Origin: a virus
Lineage: Duplodnaviria > Caudoviricetes
Virus record (IMG/VR): IMGVR_UViG_3300006120_000477
Location: 1-52,863 of that record
Direction: 5' to 3' (one strand)
DNA: 52,863 nucleotides
Within the stretch, counting starts at the first letter, position 1, and every line of letters begins with the position of its first letter. This document shows, piece by piece, positions 9,196 to 17,666 of this stretch. The position numbers and the translations under genes are program-made. Under the pieces are notes generated by a model, which worked only from the letters and a program-made list of their open reading frames with translations, did not search any database and had not been told where the DNA came from.

Positions 9196-9464
9196 CCTAG
9201 AATCAACCCTGTAGTTTGACGAAGATATTGATCTGCAACAGTCTTATCTGTCTTGAATGATACGATAATTGACGACTTGGGAAATTCTAGAGTAATATCT
9301 TCTGGCGCTGAAAATGCATAGGGAACAAGACCCAGACCCTGTTGTCCCATCATAAAAGTTACTGGCTTCTTTAGTGCAGTAGTATCACCAACACTTTCCT
9401 GATAACGACCAATAATTTCATCACCAGATACCAGCTTGATAGTAATCACATCATTATATTCCAT
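9192..9464 (-). CDS. Small Sm-like fold protein
   Basis: IKLVSGDEIIG motif, 90 aa. Confidence 0.55.
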   Translation of the reverse strand: MEYNDVITIKLVSGDEIIGRYQESVGDTTALKKPVTFMMGQQGLGLVPYAFSAPEDITLEFPKSSIIVSFKTDKTVADQYLRQTTGLILG

Positions 9465-9476
9465 TATAAATCTCCA

Positions 9477-10373
9477 TTAAATAAAATCTTTAAACGTCAA
9501 TGCTTGTTCTTGAATTGCATCCATATACTTGCCATCATCTTTGATAGACAATTTTGCAAGATGTTTGACTGTAGGAAATGTTTTTTTGATACATTTATTA
9601 TCTAAAAGTTCAATATGAATCTTTTCTCTACTAACATCTTGTTTCATTCTACATTGAATTGGCCTAATATATGCTTTATCTTGACTGGGAACTAAGGCCC
9701 ATTGAAAAATCGTTCTCATTTGTCTAGGCGTATATTCTACTCTAAACAAGTTCATTTGTAAATCATTATCTAACTTCTGTGACATATTATCTAACATTTG
9801 TTCTGGAGTTTTAGCATTTCTTACGGCTCGTTCGGCCAATTCTTTACGTCTCTCACTAGATTTACGCCACATATCTTGTTTACCCTCAACCCCATATTGA
9901 AATCCAGCCCAAGGAAATTCAACTCCATGATTAGTCCTTACTACTGTTTCTGAAGTGGGAACAATTCTTGATGTTGCTTTATATTCACCTTTACCATCAT
10001 TAGTTTTAGCCGCTTCAACCAAGATAAATTTACTTCTGTTACATATAAAAAGAAATCCAGTCAACTTTTTTGATATTAGATACTTAGCTGCTTCTTCTGG
10101 CGTTTCCATTGCCAAAGCTTTTTGAATCTTACTCCCATCAGAACGATCTGTTTCATCATCAATATTTGGAGTTAGGCTGGCTGTGATGATTGTTAACCCT
10201 TTATAATTCATACCTTCATCATATCCAGTATTTTTATCATGCATCAAAAAAACCTCACCAACTTTTGGATGAGTTTCATCTTCAAAACTTATATCAGAAA
10301 CATAATCTTGGTCTCTATTTTTAGCAATCACCCAACCAAGATTTGGAAGATATTTGGCTACAACTACGCACAT
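9477..10373 (-). CDS. N-terminal-nucleophile (Cys) hydrolase, peptidase C45/Ntn-like
   Basis: M-C start, AKNRD, EGMN, VRTNH; GATAAATA upstream. Confidence 0.65.
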   Translation of the reverse strand: MCVVVAKYLPNLGWVIAKNRDQDYVSDISFEDETHPKVGEVFLMHDKNTGYDEGMNYKGLTIITASLTPNIDDETDRSDGSKIQKALAMETPEEAAKYLISKKLTGFLFICNRSKFILVEAAKTNDGKGEYKATSRIVPTSETVVRTNHGVEFPWAGFQYGVEGKQDMWRKSSERRKELAERAVRNAKTPEQMLDNMSQKLDNDLQMNLFRVEYTPRQMRTIFQWALVPSQDKAYIRPIQCRMKQDVSREKIHIELLDNKCIKKTFPTVKHLAKLSIKDDGKYMDAIQEQALTFKDFI

Positions 10374-10400
10374 GAATAATAACTCCTTTGGAACTATTTA

Positions 10401-10838
10401 TCATTTCCTTACTATATGGTCTGCACAAGTCGATGCTGCCCATGCTCTAGGTTTTAATTCTGCGTCAATCCCCAAAGATCCTCTAACCCATCCGAGTGCT
10501 TCACGAACTGCAATATTAGATTTGTATCTTGGGTTCGGATTTAAATCTAAATGGATTGATAAAGATCTATCATCTAAAACCTCTAAAATCTCTGTGGCCG
10601 CTTCTACTGCCATCTGAACTTCCATCATAAGTCTCTGTTTTAAATTGCCATAATCTTTCATATCAACAGAGTTATGGAATATTTTACACCCATGTTTGGA
10701 ATCTATATGGATAATAATAACTGTGGAATATTTGGCATATCTCTCACCATCTTTAGTGAAAATGATCGAGTCGGCCCCCACATAAATGGAACTAGACCGA
10801 CTCGATTCTTTTATAGCATTCTTTGCATCATCAAACAT
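10401..10838 (-). CDS. RNase H-like YkuK (DUF458) family protein
   Basis: IYVGADS, RLMMEV, IHLDLNP, AWAASTCADH. Confidence 0.8.
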   Translation of the reverse strand: MFDDAKNAIKESSRSSSIYVGADSIIFTKDGERYAKYSTVIIIHIDSKHGCKIFHNSVDMKDYGNLKQRLMMEVQMAVEAATEILEVLDDRSLSIHLDLNPNPRYKSNIAVREALGWVRGSLGIDAELKPRAWAASTCADHIVRK

Positions 10839-10852
10839 TAATCACCTATTAT

Positions 10853-10927
10853 TGGCACGGCGGCTAGGATTCGAACCCAGACGAACGGATTTGGAGACCG
10901 TCATGCTACCATTAACATCACCTCCGC
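10853..10927 (-). tRNA. tRNA-Trp (CCA)
   Basis: Cloverleaf, anticodon loop CTCCAAA, GGTTCGAATCC, G73, encoded CCA. Confidence 0.85.
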
Positions 10928-10932
10928 ATTAA

Positions 10933-11703
10933 TTATTTAGTAATAGTCCAGAAATCACAAGCCAACTTTGGATCTATAACATACTTATAGGGCAATGTAA
11001 AGTATCCATTATCGCCCCAATCTGGCCCCCAAGAATTTCTTACAATGAATTTTTTTGTGGAATCTTTGAATCCTACAAGCAAAACTGCATGACCCCCGAT
11101 TGCTTTATCAAAAATTCCCGGCATATCTACTTCGCCACTATCAGCAACGTCTTCAGATTCAAAAGACGGATAAACAGTAAATCCAAATACAATAGGATAT
11201 CCAGAAGCAAGAACTTTTTTAATACTATCTAAATCCTGATTGACTTTAGCATAACCAGAAATCTTACGAGTTAATCCGTCTTGATATGCTTCAACAGTTG
11301 GTTTTATAGTAAACTTTTTCTCATCATATGGCCATACAGTCTCGGAACAGGCTCCTTCTTCTGAAAGAACTTTGATACCATCGCTGATATGGGCACCAGC
11401 ATCTTGAGAAACAGTTCCTTCAACTTCCCGCTCATTATAGTAAACAAATAGTCTACTAAGATGACAGAATTGTCCATTAGATTCTAGGTCTTTATCTTTA
11501 TTTTCTAGGTATTCTAAAGCACCAACTAAAGCATTTCCCGTGCAAGATCCAATATTTTTTTGATCAAATACAGGAGAACAATATTGTCTCAAGTCAATTT
11601 TATCAGGAATTGGTTCAGCAGTTAATTTAAATGCTGCATGGTTTTCAACATAGACATCATCAGGATTTTCTGGGGATTTAACCCAACCGTATTTATTGGA
11701 CAT
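10933..11703 (-). CDS. Papain-like cysteine peptidase, family C1
   Basis: QKNIGSCTGNA, GGHAV, RNSWG catalytic motifs. Confidence 0.9.
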   Translation of the reverse strand: MSNKYGWVKSPENPDDVYVENHAAFKLTAEPIPDKIDLRQYCSPVFDQKNIGSCTGNALVGALEYLENKDKDLESNGQFCHLSRLFVYYNEREVEGTVSQDAGAHISDGIKVLSEEGACSETVWPYDEKKFTIKPTVEAYQDGLTRKISGYAKVNQDLDSIKKVLASGYPIVFGFTVYPSFESEDVADSGEVDMPGIFDKAIGGHAVLLVGFKDSTKKFIVRNSWGPDWGDNGYFTLPYKYVIDPKLACDFWTITK

Positions 11704-11810
11704 AGGAAATTCTCCATTAGGGATCCTATGCATATTTATGAAATGCTGGATGGGGTCAGGAAAAGGCTCAAATTGGCATTAGTGTTATAATGAATCTGCT
11801 CAAGAAGTAA

Positions 11811-12194
11811 TTATTGAGATAATCTTTTGGATTTCGCTGATGCAGCCACAATCTTTAAAGTTCCTTTAATGTCAGAACTTTTTCTCACTATTGCAGCATC
11901 TTCTACTACATCTGGATTATACATTTTAAAATTATCGCCATGGCCGACTAAAATATGGCAATCTAAATCCATACAAAGTGTGATTAGATTGGTTGGGTCT
12001 AATTCAAGTTCTGGATGAAGATGAAATGGTTTTTTATGGTGAATCTGAAGTTTATTTTTAGATCCGCAACAAGCACACTCTGGATTATTTTCTTTATATT
12101 TATATTCAACCTCAGGCCATCTAGAGCTTCTTTTACTCTTATTCTTTAATTGATATACATGATGTCTGGCTAGACGAAGTATATGACCGATCAT
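11811..12194 (-). CDS. Small HNH endonuclease (McrA-like, CxxC)
   Basis: CACCG...LQIHH...PELELDPTNLITLC...CHILVGH. Confidence 0.8.
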   Translation of the reverse strand: MIGHILRLARHHVYQLKNKSKRSSRWPEVEYKYKENNPECACCGSKNKLQIHHKKPFHLHPELELDPTNLITLCMDLDCHILVGHGDNFKMYNPDVVEDAAIVRKSSDIKGTLKIVAASAKSKRLSQ

Positions 12195-12237
12195 TGCATT
12201 TCCCCACAAATAGTTTTTGATTCTATTTATGAAGAAA

Positions 12238-12390
12238 TGGGGTGCCCTATATCCACCGGTATCCAGAAGATATTGTTCTCTTACTCTGCCGACACCCAAC
12301 AGAGTCGTATCCTATCCATCATTTCATCACATTCCAGATAGGAGTACAATGTGATATACTTCTGTTCAGCCTAAGTCGGATCAAGTCCCC
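12238..12390 (-). ncRNA. Candidate ~153-nt structured ncRNA with a pseudoknot and CCA 3' end
   Basis: GGGG...CCCCA ends, CAGAAG/CTTCTG, ATCACATT/AATGTGAT crossed by TCCTATC/GATAGGA, ACTCTGTTGG/TCGGCAGAGT. Confidence 0.55.
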
Positions 12391-12440
12391 TATTAGTGTG
12401 CCTTGATGTTACTTATGCATCAGCAACACCTTCCGAATTC

Positions 12441-14015
12441 TTACGCTCTCCACTTTCCATTTACAATGAAGACCATCTGCCGCTTGCCATTCTTGTGAAT
12501 TAAACAATGTGCATGGTGCCATGTTGACAAACCGCTTACATAGGATAAATTAAAGATACTAGAAGTTCCTACTGTATAGTTGCCCTTATCAATTACAGGA
12601 GAGTGCGAATGTCCAGTAATAGTCTTCACAGGAATATTAGAAAACTGCTTCGAAGATCCACGAGATCCATTAGTTCCGCGATCACCATGATTAGATATTT
12701 CAACATCACAGATCTTAAATGCTTCGTTGCGACTTAGGAACTTTGTGTTTTCGTTCAAATATTCATCAGCAAACAATTCGAATGGTTCTGGACAATGGAC
12801 ATTCCCATCATTCATATTAGTTTGCTTTAGCATTCTATACATCAATTCATGATATAGTAAAGCATTTTCTGGATCATTCTTAGGATCACATTCATTTAAC
12901 CATCTCATCAAATGCTCATTATGATTTGATGCAATCATAATATTGGTGGCACCTTTTGGTGTAGTGTCTTTAATGAAATTAATTGTCAGCATAAGTTCAT
13001 TCAAAACAGACCCCATGCCCTTAGAATGATGTTTAGCGAACTTCAGAAACACATTATTCCGACCATGATGACTGGCAGAAAAGAAATCTAGAACATCGTG
13101 ACGAACAATATACTTTGGTTTAAGAATCTTAGCCAGAGACTTAGGACCATCATATGTTGCCTCCCTTACCTTAGGATCAACAAATAGAGCGTGTTCGTCA
13201 CCAGTAACTAGACCCTCAATAGTCTGATCGGAATTCCAACCAATGTCAGAATAATATCGATCTAGATCAGAAAATCCTTCTCCATCAAAATTTAGATGAC
13301 GAATGAAGAAATCCTTATCCTTATCAAATTCCAGAACAACAGCAGACATTGAATGATTAAATGCGGCCTTATATCCAGCCTTAGTTGTACTATATTGCTT
13401 TAGTGTAACAGCACCAGTTGTTGTGGCAATGGCAGGATATGGCTGTGCATTTCTAGGCAAAGTCCTCAGAGAAACCTGAGGGTGGCCAATAATGACATTA
13501 TATCCCTTTGATAAACCATCAATACCTGTCAAAGGATTCTCTGCTGTTGCCTGAATCTTCAATCCACCAAGGATTCGAATATTATGGCTCACATCAAAAT
13601 TGTTTTCAACTAGATATGGAATAACCCGATGATCATACCAGCATTCATCATCTTCTCCAACGGCAAGCATAGATGGATTCTTATACTTAATAGGAAACAC
13701 AACTAGCTTGGCCTTATTTGCATTACAATATTGAAGAAGTGAATTAAAAAACACCTCATCAACCGGTGAATTGTTTAATGCTGTAGTGAAGACGAGTTTC
13801 TTTGCTGATTTGAGTTCAATAAGATATTCTTCATCACGGAAATAATGAATATCATCATTGAGTGATTCAGACGAATCTTCAGAGGAATTGTCTTCTTTAG
13901 AAACTACAAAAGTCTCTCCGCATTCATTACAAGTATAGCCAAGACATTTATCCTTACCCATAAAACGCATTCCGAGCTTCTTAAGATTTTCAGAATCACA
14001 ATTAATACATTGCAT
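12441..14015 (-). CDS. T5 A1-like protein (metallophosphoesterase-fold nuclease) with N-terminal Zn ribbon
   Basis: CxxC..CxxC; GDEH, HDVLD, SNHNEH, HGDRGTNGSRGS, GHSHSP, VGTSS, NGKR. Confidence 0.7.
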   Translation of the reverse strand: MQCINCDSENLKKLGMRFMGKDKCLGYTCNECGETFVVSKEDNSSEDSSESLNDDIHYFRDEEYLIELKSAKKLVFTTALNNSPVDEVFFNSLLQYCNANKAKLVVFPIKYKNPSMLAVGEDDECWYDHRVIPYLVENNFDVSHNIRILGGLKIQATAENPLTGIDGLSKGYNVIIGHPQVSLRTLPRNAQPYPAIATTTGAVTLKQYSTTKAGYKAAFNHSMSAVVLEFDKDKDFFIRHLNFDGEGFSDLDRYYSDIGWNSDQTIEGLVTGDEHALFVDPKVREATYDGPKSLAKILKPKYIVRHDVLDFFSASHHGRNNVFLKFAKHHSKGMGSVLNELMLTINFIKDTTPKGATNIMIASNHNEHLMRWLNECDPKNDPENALLYHELMYRMLKQTNMNDGNVHCPEPFELFADEYLNENTKFLSRNEAFKICDVEISNHGDRGTNGSRGSSKQFSNIPVKTITGHSHSPVIDKGNYTVGTSSIFNLSYVSGLSTWHHAHCLIHKNGKRQMVFIVNGKWRA

Positions 14016-14045
14016 AAAATTTCCAATAAATTAGTTGAAAAGGTG

Positions 14046-14118
14046 AGCCGGTTAGAGGAATTGAACCCCTGACATCCAACTTACAAGGTTGGCGCTCTAC
14101 CATCTGAGCTAAACCGGC
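14046..14118 (-). tRNA. tRNA-Thr (TGT)
   Basis: CCAAC-CTTGTAA-GTTGG; no full encoded CCA. Confidence 0.9.
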
Positions 14119-14127
14119 ATTAATGTC

Positions 14128-14201
14128 TGGAGCGGAATGAGATAATCGAAATCTCCTAAACGGAATGGAAATCCGTTGCATTGCCACTATGCTAATCCCG
14201 C
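14128..14201 (-). tRNA. tRNA-Gly (TCC)
   Basis: ACGGA-TTTCCAT-TCCGT; U73, CCA. Confidence 0.85.
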
Positions 14202-14215
14202 ACTATCTGTATTTA

Positions 14216-14291
14216 TGGATGCCCCACTAGGCCACGATCCTAAACTCTTCTGACTCAAAATCAGATGTGTTGCCAATTACACCATGGGGCA
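14216..14291 (-). tRNA. tRNA-Gln (TTG)
   Basis: TCTGA-TTTTGAG-TCAGA; variant T-loop ATCGTGG; CCA. Confidence 0.8.
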
Positions 14292-14307
14292 TTAATTTAT
14301 ATAATTC

Positions 14308-14392
14308 TGGTGGGGACACCGGGACTCGAACCCGGATGAGATAAACTCGTCGCGTTTTAAGCACGATGTGGCTACCATTACACCATATCCCC
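14308..14392 (-). tRNA. tRNA-Leu (TAA)
   Basis: TCGTG-CTTAAAA-CGCGA, long variable arm, CCA. Confidence 0.9.
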
Positions 14393-14399
14393 GAATATC

Positions 14400-14482
14400 A
14401 AAACTGTTTAGAAGAACACAGTAGCAAGGTTACTATACCTTTAATTATGTGGCCACATCTACTGCATTCACCTAAAGAGTTT
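14400..14482 (-). ncRNA. Candidate structured RNA filling the tRNA-Lys/tRNA-Leu spacer
   Basis: AAACT/AGTTT, TTTAG/CTAAA, GAATGCAGTAG/CTACTGTGTTC closing two small hairpins. Confidence 0.45.
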
Positions 14483-14558
14483 TGGTGGACCCTGCTGGTT
14501 TCGAACCAGCGACCTAGAGATTAAAAAGCTCTTGCTCTACCTACTGAGCTAAGGGTCC
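14483..14558 (-). tRNA. tRNA-Lys (TTT)
   Basis: AGAGC-TTTTTAA-TCTCT, GGTTCGAAACC, CCA. Confidence 0.88.
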
Positions 14559-14587
14559 AATAAATATTAGCAAATCCTAAAAAAGAA

Positions 14588-14675
14588 ACCTCCCAACATT
14601 TGCATTGACTAGTTACAAATGTTGCCGTCTGTGATCAGATCGGATCTTGTCATATTTCAGACAGGGAACGGAGGC
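14588..14675 (-). ncRNA. Candidate three-way-junction ncRNA (~88 nt)
   Basis: GCCTCC/GGAGGT, CTGTCTG/CAGACGG, CAACATTTGTA/TGCAAATGTTG; imperfect pairs are G-U only on the minus strand. Confidence 0.55.
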
Positions 14676-14694
14676 AATATAAAAATCAAAGATA

Positions 14695-14761
14695 TATAAA
14701 TAAAGTGTGACTCGCGATACTCCAATATCCAGTCACTCTAATTCTGTCAAGGAGAATCAGC
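14695..14761 (+). promoter_or_regulatory. Late promoter plus conserved structured leader, copy B
   Basis: TATAAATA-AAGT-GTGACT-CGC-GATA-loop-TATC-C-AGTCAC-TCTAA-TTCT..AGGAGAA-TCAGC-ATG. Confidence 0.8.
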
Positions 14762-15436
14762 ATGAATATTTATTCAGATTTTGTATTCTATGATAAATTA
14801 ATATCGCCAGTCAATGGTTATGAGTGTAGAATAATTAATATAAAAAATATTAAATTCTTTGGTTATGATACTATAGAATTTCTACATGATCAATATCCAA
14901 ATTTTCCTACACAATGTGAAGAATACAAAGACAAATTGCGCGCAGCAAACAAAAGAAATTCTCACATATATAAAACAGAAGAGTATAGAGCAAAACAATC
15001 AAAAAACGTTAGCGCATATTTCTCTAAACAAGAAAATAGAGATGCACATTCTAAAAAGATGAAAATGGCAGTAATAAATAATCCAGATTCATATTCAAAA
15101 AACAATGTTTCCGGTAGAGCAAAATTATACGAATATAATGGAATGACATTTAAGGGAACTTGGGAATTAATCTTTGCAAAATGGCTAGATGAAAATTGTA
15201 TAAATTTTATACAACCAGAGCCAGTATCATATTTAGATGGCACAGGTAGAGAAAGATTATATTTTCCTGATTTCTATCTAACAGATTATGAATTATATAA
15301 TGAAGTTAAAGGATATGAAAGAGAATTAGATAGAATTAAATGGAACTCTCTTGATAAAATTAGAGTTATAAGAAGTAAAGATATTTCTATGATCAAAAAG
15401 GGAACCTTTACTATATCAGATCTTATATCATATTAA
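14762..15436 (+). CDS. Free-standing PD-(D/E)XK (TnsA-N-like) putative homing endonuclease in the tRNA cluster
   Basis: KGTWELIFAKWLD...YFPDFYL...EVKG; antisense to surrounding genes. Confidence 0.75.
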   Translation: MNIYSDFVFYDKLISPVNGYECRIINIKNIKFFGYDTIEFLHDQYPNFPTQCEEYKDKLRAANKRNSHIYKTEEYRAKQSKNVSAYFSKQENRDAHSKKMKMAVINNPDSYSKNNVSGRAKLYEYNGMTFKGTWELIFAKWLDENCINFIQPEPVSYLDGTGRERLYFPDFYLTDYELYNEVKGYERELDRIKWNSLDKIRVIRSKDISMIKKGTFTISDLISY

Positions 15437-15444
15437 TTATAGAC

Positions 15445-15537
15445 TGGTGCGCCGGGAGGGACTTGAACCCCCAACCGTTCGGTAATCTGCCGATCATGAG
15501 GTATAAGCTCACCGCTCTACCATTGAGCTACCGGCGC
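15445..15537 (-). tRNA. tRNA-Ile (TAT) with long variable arm
   Basis: GTGAG-CTTATAC-CTCAT, extra arm TCGG-CAGATTA-CCGA, GGTTCAAGTCC, A73, CCA. Confidence 0.8.
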
Positions 15538-15586
15538 ACTAATTGTTTATATCTTCACTTTAAAGCTTCCGGAGTAAACTAAAATA

Positions 15587-16090
15587 TCACATACTCAGTG
15601 GGAATGTAGTCACAATCACATGGGGTTCAATATACTGTGGCGTCACCTTATCCTTACCGGGAACCTTACAGAGTACCCATGTGCCATCAGCACTAGCAGG
15701 ACTATAAAGACCATTTGGATCGGCTTGGGGCAATGTCACATTGCCATGATCAGGAGTCTCGTCCATTCGTGCAACTCGCTGAGGATTGGTATACTGAGTA
15801 GCATATGGCAGACCATATCCAATGCTATCACAGACCTTATGAGTATGACCATTGAGATCAACAATGTAAGTATATGTTACTAGATCTGGACGGTCACGAA
15901 GTTCGAGAATGTCCTTCATAAACCGCTTCTCTTGGAAGTTTGTAATTGCAGGAACACCAATCATTTCAACTCCCTGCTTGGTAAGTTCCTCCTGCTTTTG
16001 GTTCTGGATCTGGTCACCAGTTTGTGCAGTCCCATCACACCCAGCAAGAGCCAGAGTAGCGACAGTGAGTAGCATAATATTCTTAATCAT
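15587..16090 (-). CDS. Predicted lipoprotein
   Basis: Signal peptide ending LAGC; SIGYGLPYATQYTNP, QADPNGLYS. Confidence 0.75.
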   Translation of the reverse strand: MIKNIMLLTVATLALAGCDGTAQTGDQIQNQKQEELTKQGVEMIGVPAITNFQEKRFMKDILELRDRPDLVTYTYIVDLNGHTHKVCDSIGYGLPYATQYTNPQRVARMDETPDHGNVTLPQADPNGLYSPASADGTWVLCKVPGKDKVTPQYIEPHVIVTTFPLSM

Positions 16091-16104
16091 AATATAGTTT
16101 CCTT

Positions 16105-16419
16105 TCACTTAATTGATTCATAGAAAGTACGAAGATCGGCAGGCATCTTATTCTCTGGGTAAACTTCAAACCTCTGTCGGATAATTGGGCGAAGTGCTTC
16201 CTTACCCGCTTCATCAGAAGTCACATACTGTCGCTGGAGTTCCGACAAGTCTCGTACCATACCTTGGTTGTACTGCTCAGACTGCTCAAAAACTTTCTCA
16301 TCAACTGCCCGATACTTTGGCGCAAAGAATTCATAAGACTTATAACCACCGTATGATAGACCAAATACCAGTGCTAAAGCCAGAACAATTCCGCCTACTG
16401 TAACAAAAACTTCCTTCAT
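16105..16419 (-). CDS. Membrane-anchored hypothetical protein
   Basis: N-terminal TM helix; VFEQSEQYNQG. Confidence 0.7.
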   Translation of the reverse strand: MKEVFVTVGGIVLALALVFGLSYGGYKSYEFFAPKYRAVDEKVFEQSEQYNQGMVRDLSELQRQYVTSDEAGKEALRPIIRQRFEVYPENKMPADLRTFYESIK

Positions 16420-16429
16420 AGTAATCCTT

Positions 16430-16591
16430 TCAAAGTTCTAGATGTTCCCAATCAATATCATCAAGTCCCTTAGAGACACGATACAAATTGTATGCCAAGA
16501 GTGCAGCAGTTCCGGTAATACCAAATACTGCAAAAATTGCTGCGCGTTTACCCCACTTAATGCTCTCTTGTTTCAGAGTTTCTTTATTCAT
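16430..16591 (-). CDS. Small membrane protein (53 aa)
   Basis: Manual ORF MNKETLKQESIKWGKRAAIFAVFGITGTAALLAY..., GGAG SD. Confidence 0.6.
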   Translation of the reverse strand: MNKETLKQESIKWGKRAAIFAVFGITGTAALLAYNLYRVSKGLDDIDWEHLEL

Positions 16592-16607
16592 ATTAAACTC
16601 CACGAAA

Positions 16608-16684
16608 TGGTGGACCCGGCAGAATTCGAATCTGCAACCCCAAAATTAGAAGTTTTGTGCTCTATCCAGTTGAGCTACGGGTCC
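16608..16684 (-). tRNA. tRNA-Arg (TCT)
   Basis: CAAAA-CTTCTAA-TTTTG, A20, CCA. Confidence 0.9.
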
Positions 16685-16693
16685 TTAAACCTA

Positions 16694-16903
16694 TTAAATT
16701 CGATTATTCAGACGATGCAAAAGATTCACAGTTTGCTTCTCATCCAATTCTGTAACATCTCCACTATGACCAATATAGAACATAAGAGCCTTCTTAATCA
16801 ACGCAATATCATTAGGAGCAAAGATACCACCTTTAACCATCCTAGGTGTAGAACTCTTTCCGGCATCAGTCATACCTTCTTCAATATCAAACGTACTCAT
16901 CAT
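16694..16903 (-). CDS. Hypothetical protein
   Basis: 69 aa, coupled to upstream ORF. Confidence 0.6.
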   Translation of the reverse strand: MMSTFDIEEGMTDAGKSSTPRMVKGGIFAPNDIALIKKALMFYIGHSGDVTELDEKQTVNLLHRLNNRI

Positions 16904-17076
16904 TTACTCTCCATAGTAGCTAAAAAACTATTTGCCGAATCAAACCAATCTAAAACTTCTGGTTCCAGTATAACACCTTCTCGATAATCATGCAATAGTG
17001 AACAATATTGACGTTCAATAATAGTTCGATTTTCATTCTTTAAATCTGGAAACTTGAAGACTAGAACTTCAGTCAT
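16900..17076 (-). CDS. Hypothetical protein
   Basis: AGGAG SD before ATG 17076. Confidence 0.55.
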   Translation of the reverse strand: MTEVLVFKFPDLKNENRTIIERQYCSLLHDYREGVILEPEVLDWFDSANSFLATMESK

Positions 17077-17093
17077 GTCGTATCTCCTAAAAA

Positions 17094-17612
17094 TCATTTC
17101 CTATCAAAATGATGAAACCCATCATGTTCTCCAGAATAATTCCAACCAGAATCATTCATCGACTTATGAAAATGTTTGTTATTAACCATTGTTTTATATA
17201 GACTTCCTAGTTTATCACCAGCACTTCTAAATTTAATGTTTTTGATATTCTTTTCTTTTGCTATGTGATCAATAACATGCATTGATTTTCCAAAGGCCCC
17301 AATCGGATTTGATCTGGTATATCTTTGTTGATCATTGTAATCAAAAATATTATTAGATGGCTTATCGTGAGTTCCTAGAATTGCTTCTCCTGATTGTAAC
17401 ACACTAACAGCATGATGTCCAGTAGTATTATTAGATACATGATGAAAAAATGCATGATGTGTCGGACCCTGATCTGTCATTCTAGTTGATATCTTATTAT
17501 CATCTGCTTCAATATTAGAACCAAATTTAGTGGGAGTATTCGTTATGGCTTCTGATAGACAAAAATCATGAAACGATATGAGTTCACCATTAAAAACTTC
17601 AAAACAACTCAT
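17094..17612 (-). CDS. Hypothetical His-rich protein, possible internal head protein
   Basis: ISFHDFCLSE resembles the SFxEF..E motif of the head-cargo block. Confidence 0.55.
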   Translation of the reverse strand: MSCFEVFNGELISFHDFCLSEAITNTPTKFGSNIEADDNKISTRMTDQGPTHHAFFHHVSNNTTGHHAVSVLQSGEAILGTHDKPSNNIFDYNDQQRYTRSNPIGAFGKSMHVIDHIAKEKNIKNIKFRSAGDKLGSLYKTMVNNKHFHKSMNDSGWNYSGEHDGFHHFDRK

Positions 17613-17666
17613 ATCATTTCTCCATTAAAATATGGCCAGCAGTTTATAGACGTACTAAGGACTTAA

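Noticed and set aside
12195-12299. N-terminal extension of the HNH ORF from TTG 12299
   Set aside because: Runs through the structured RNA and a late-promoter-like CATAAATA; ATG 12194 is the better start.
12238-12390. Interpretation as tmRNA or RNase P RNA
   Set aside because: Despite the GGGG start, CCA end and pseudoknot, there is no T-arm, tag reading frame or RNase P consensus.
14002-14187. 61-aa ORF on the minus strand
   Set aside because: Overlaps tRNA-Thr and tRNA-Gly; the translation is tRNA sequence.
16442-16987. 181-aa plus-strand ORF
   Set aside because: Antisense shadow across tRNA-Arg and three minus-strand genes; no SD or motif.
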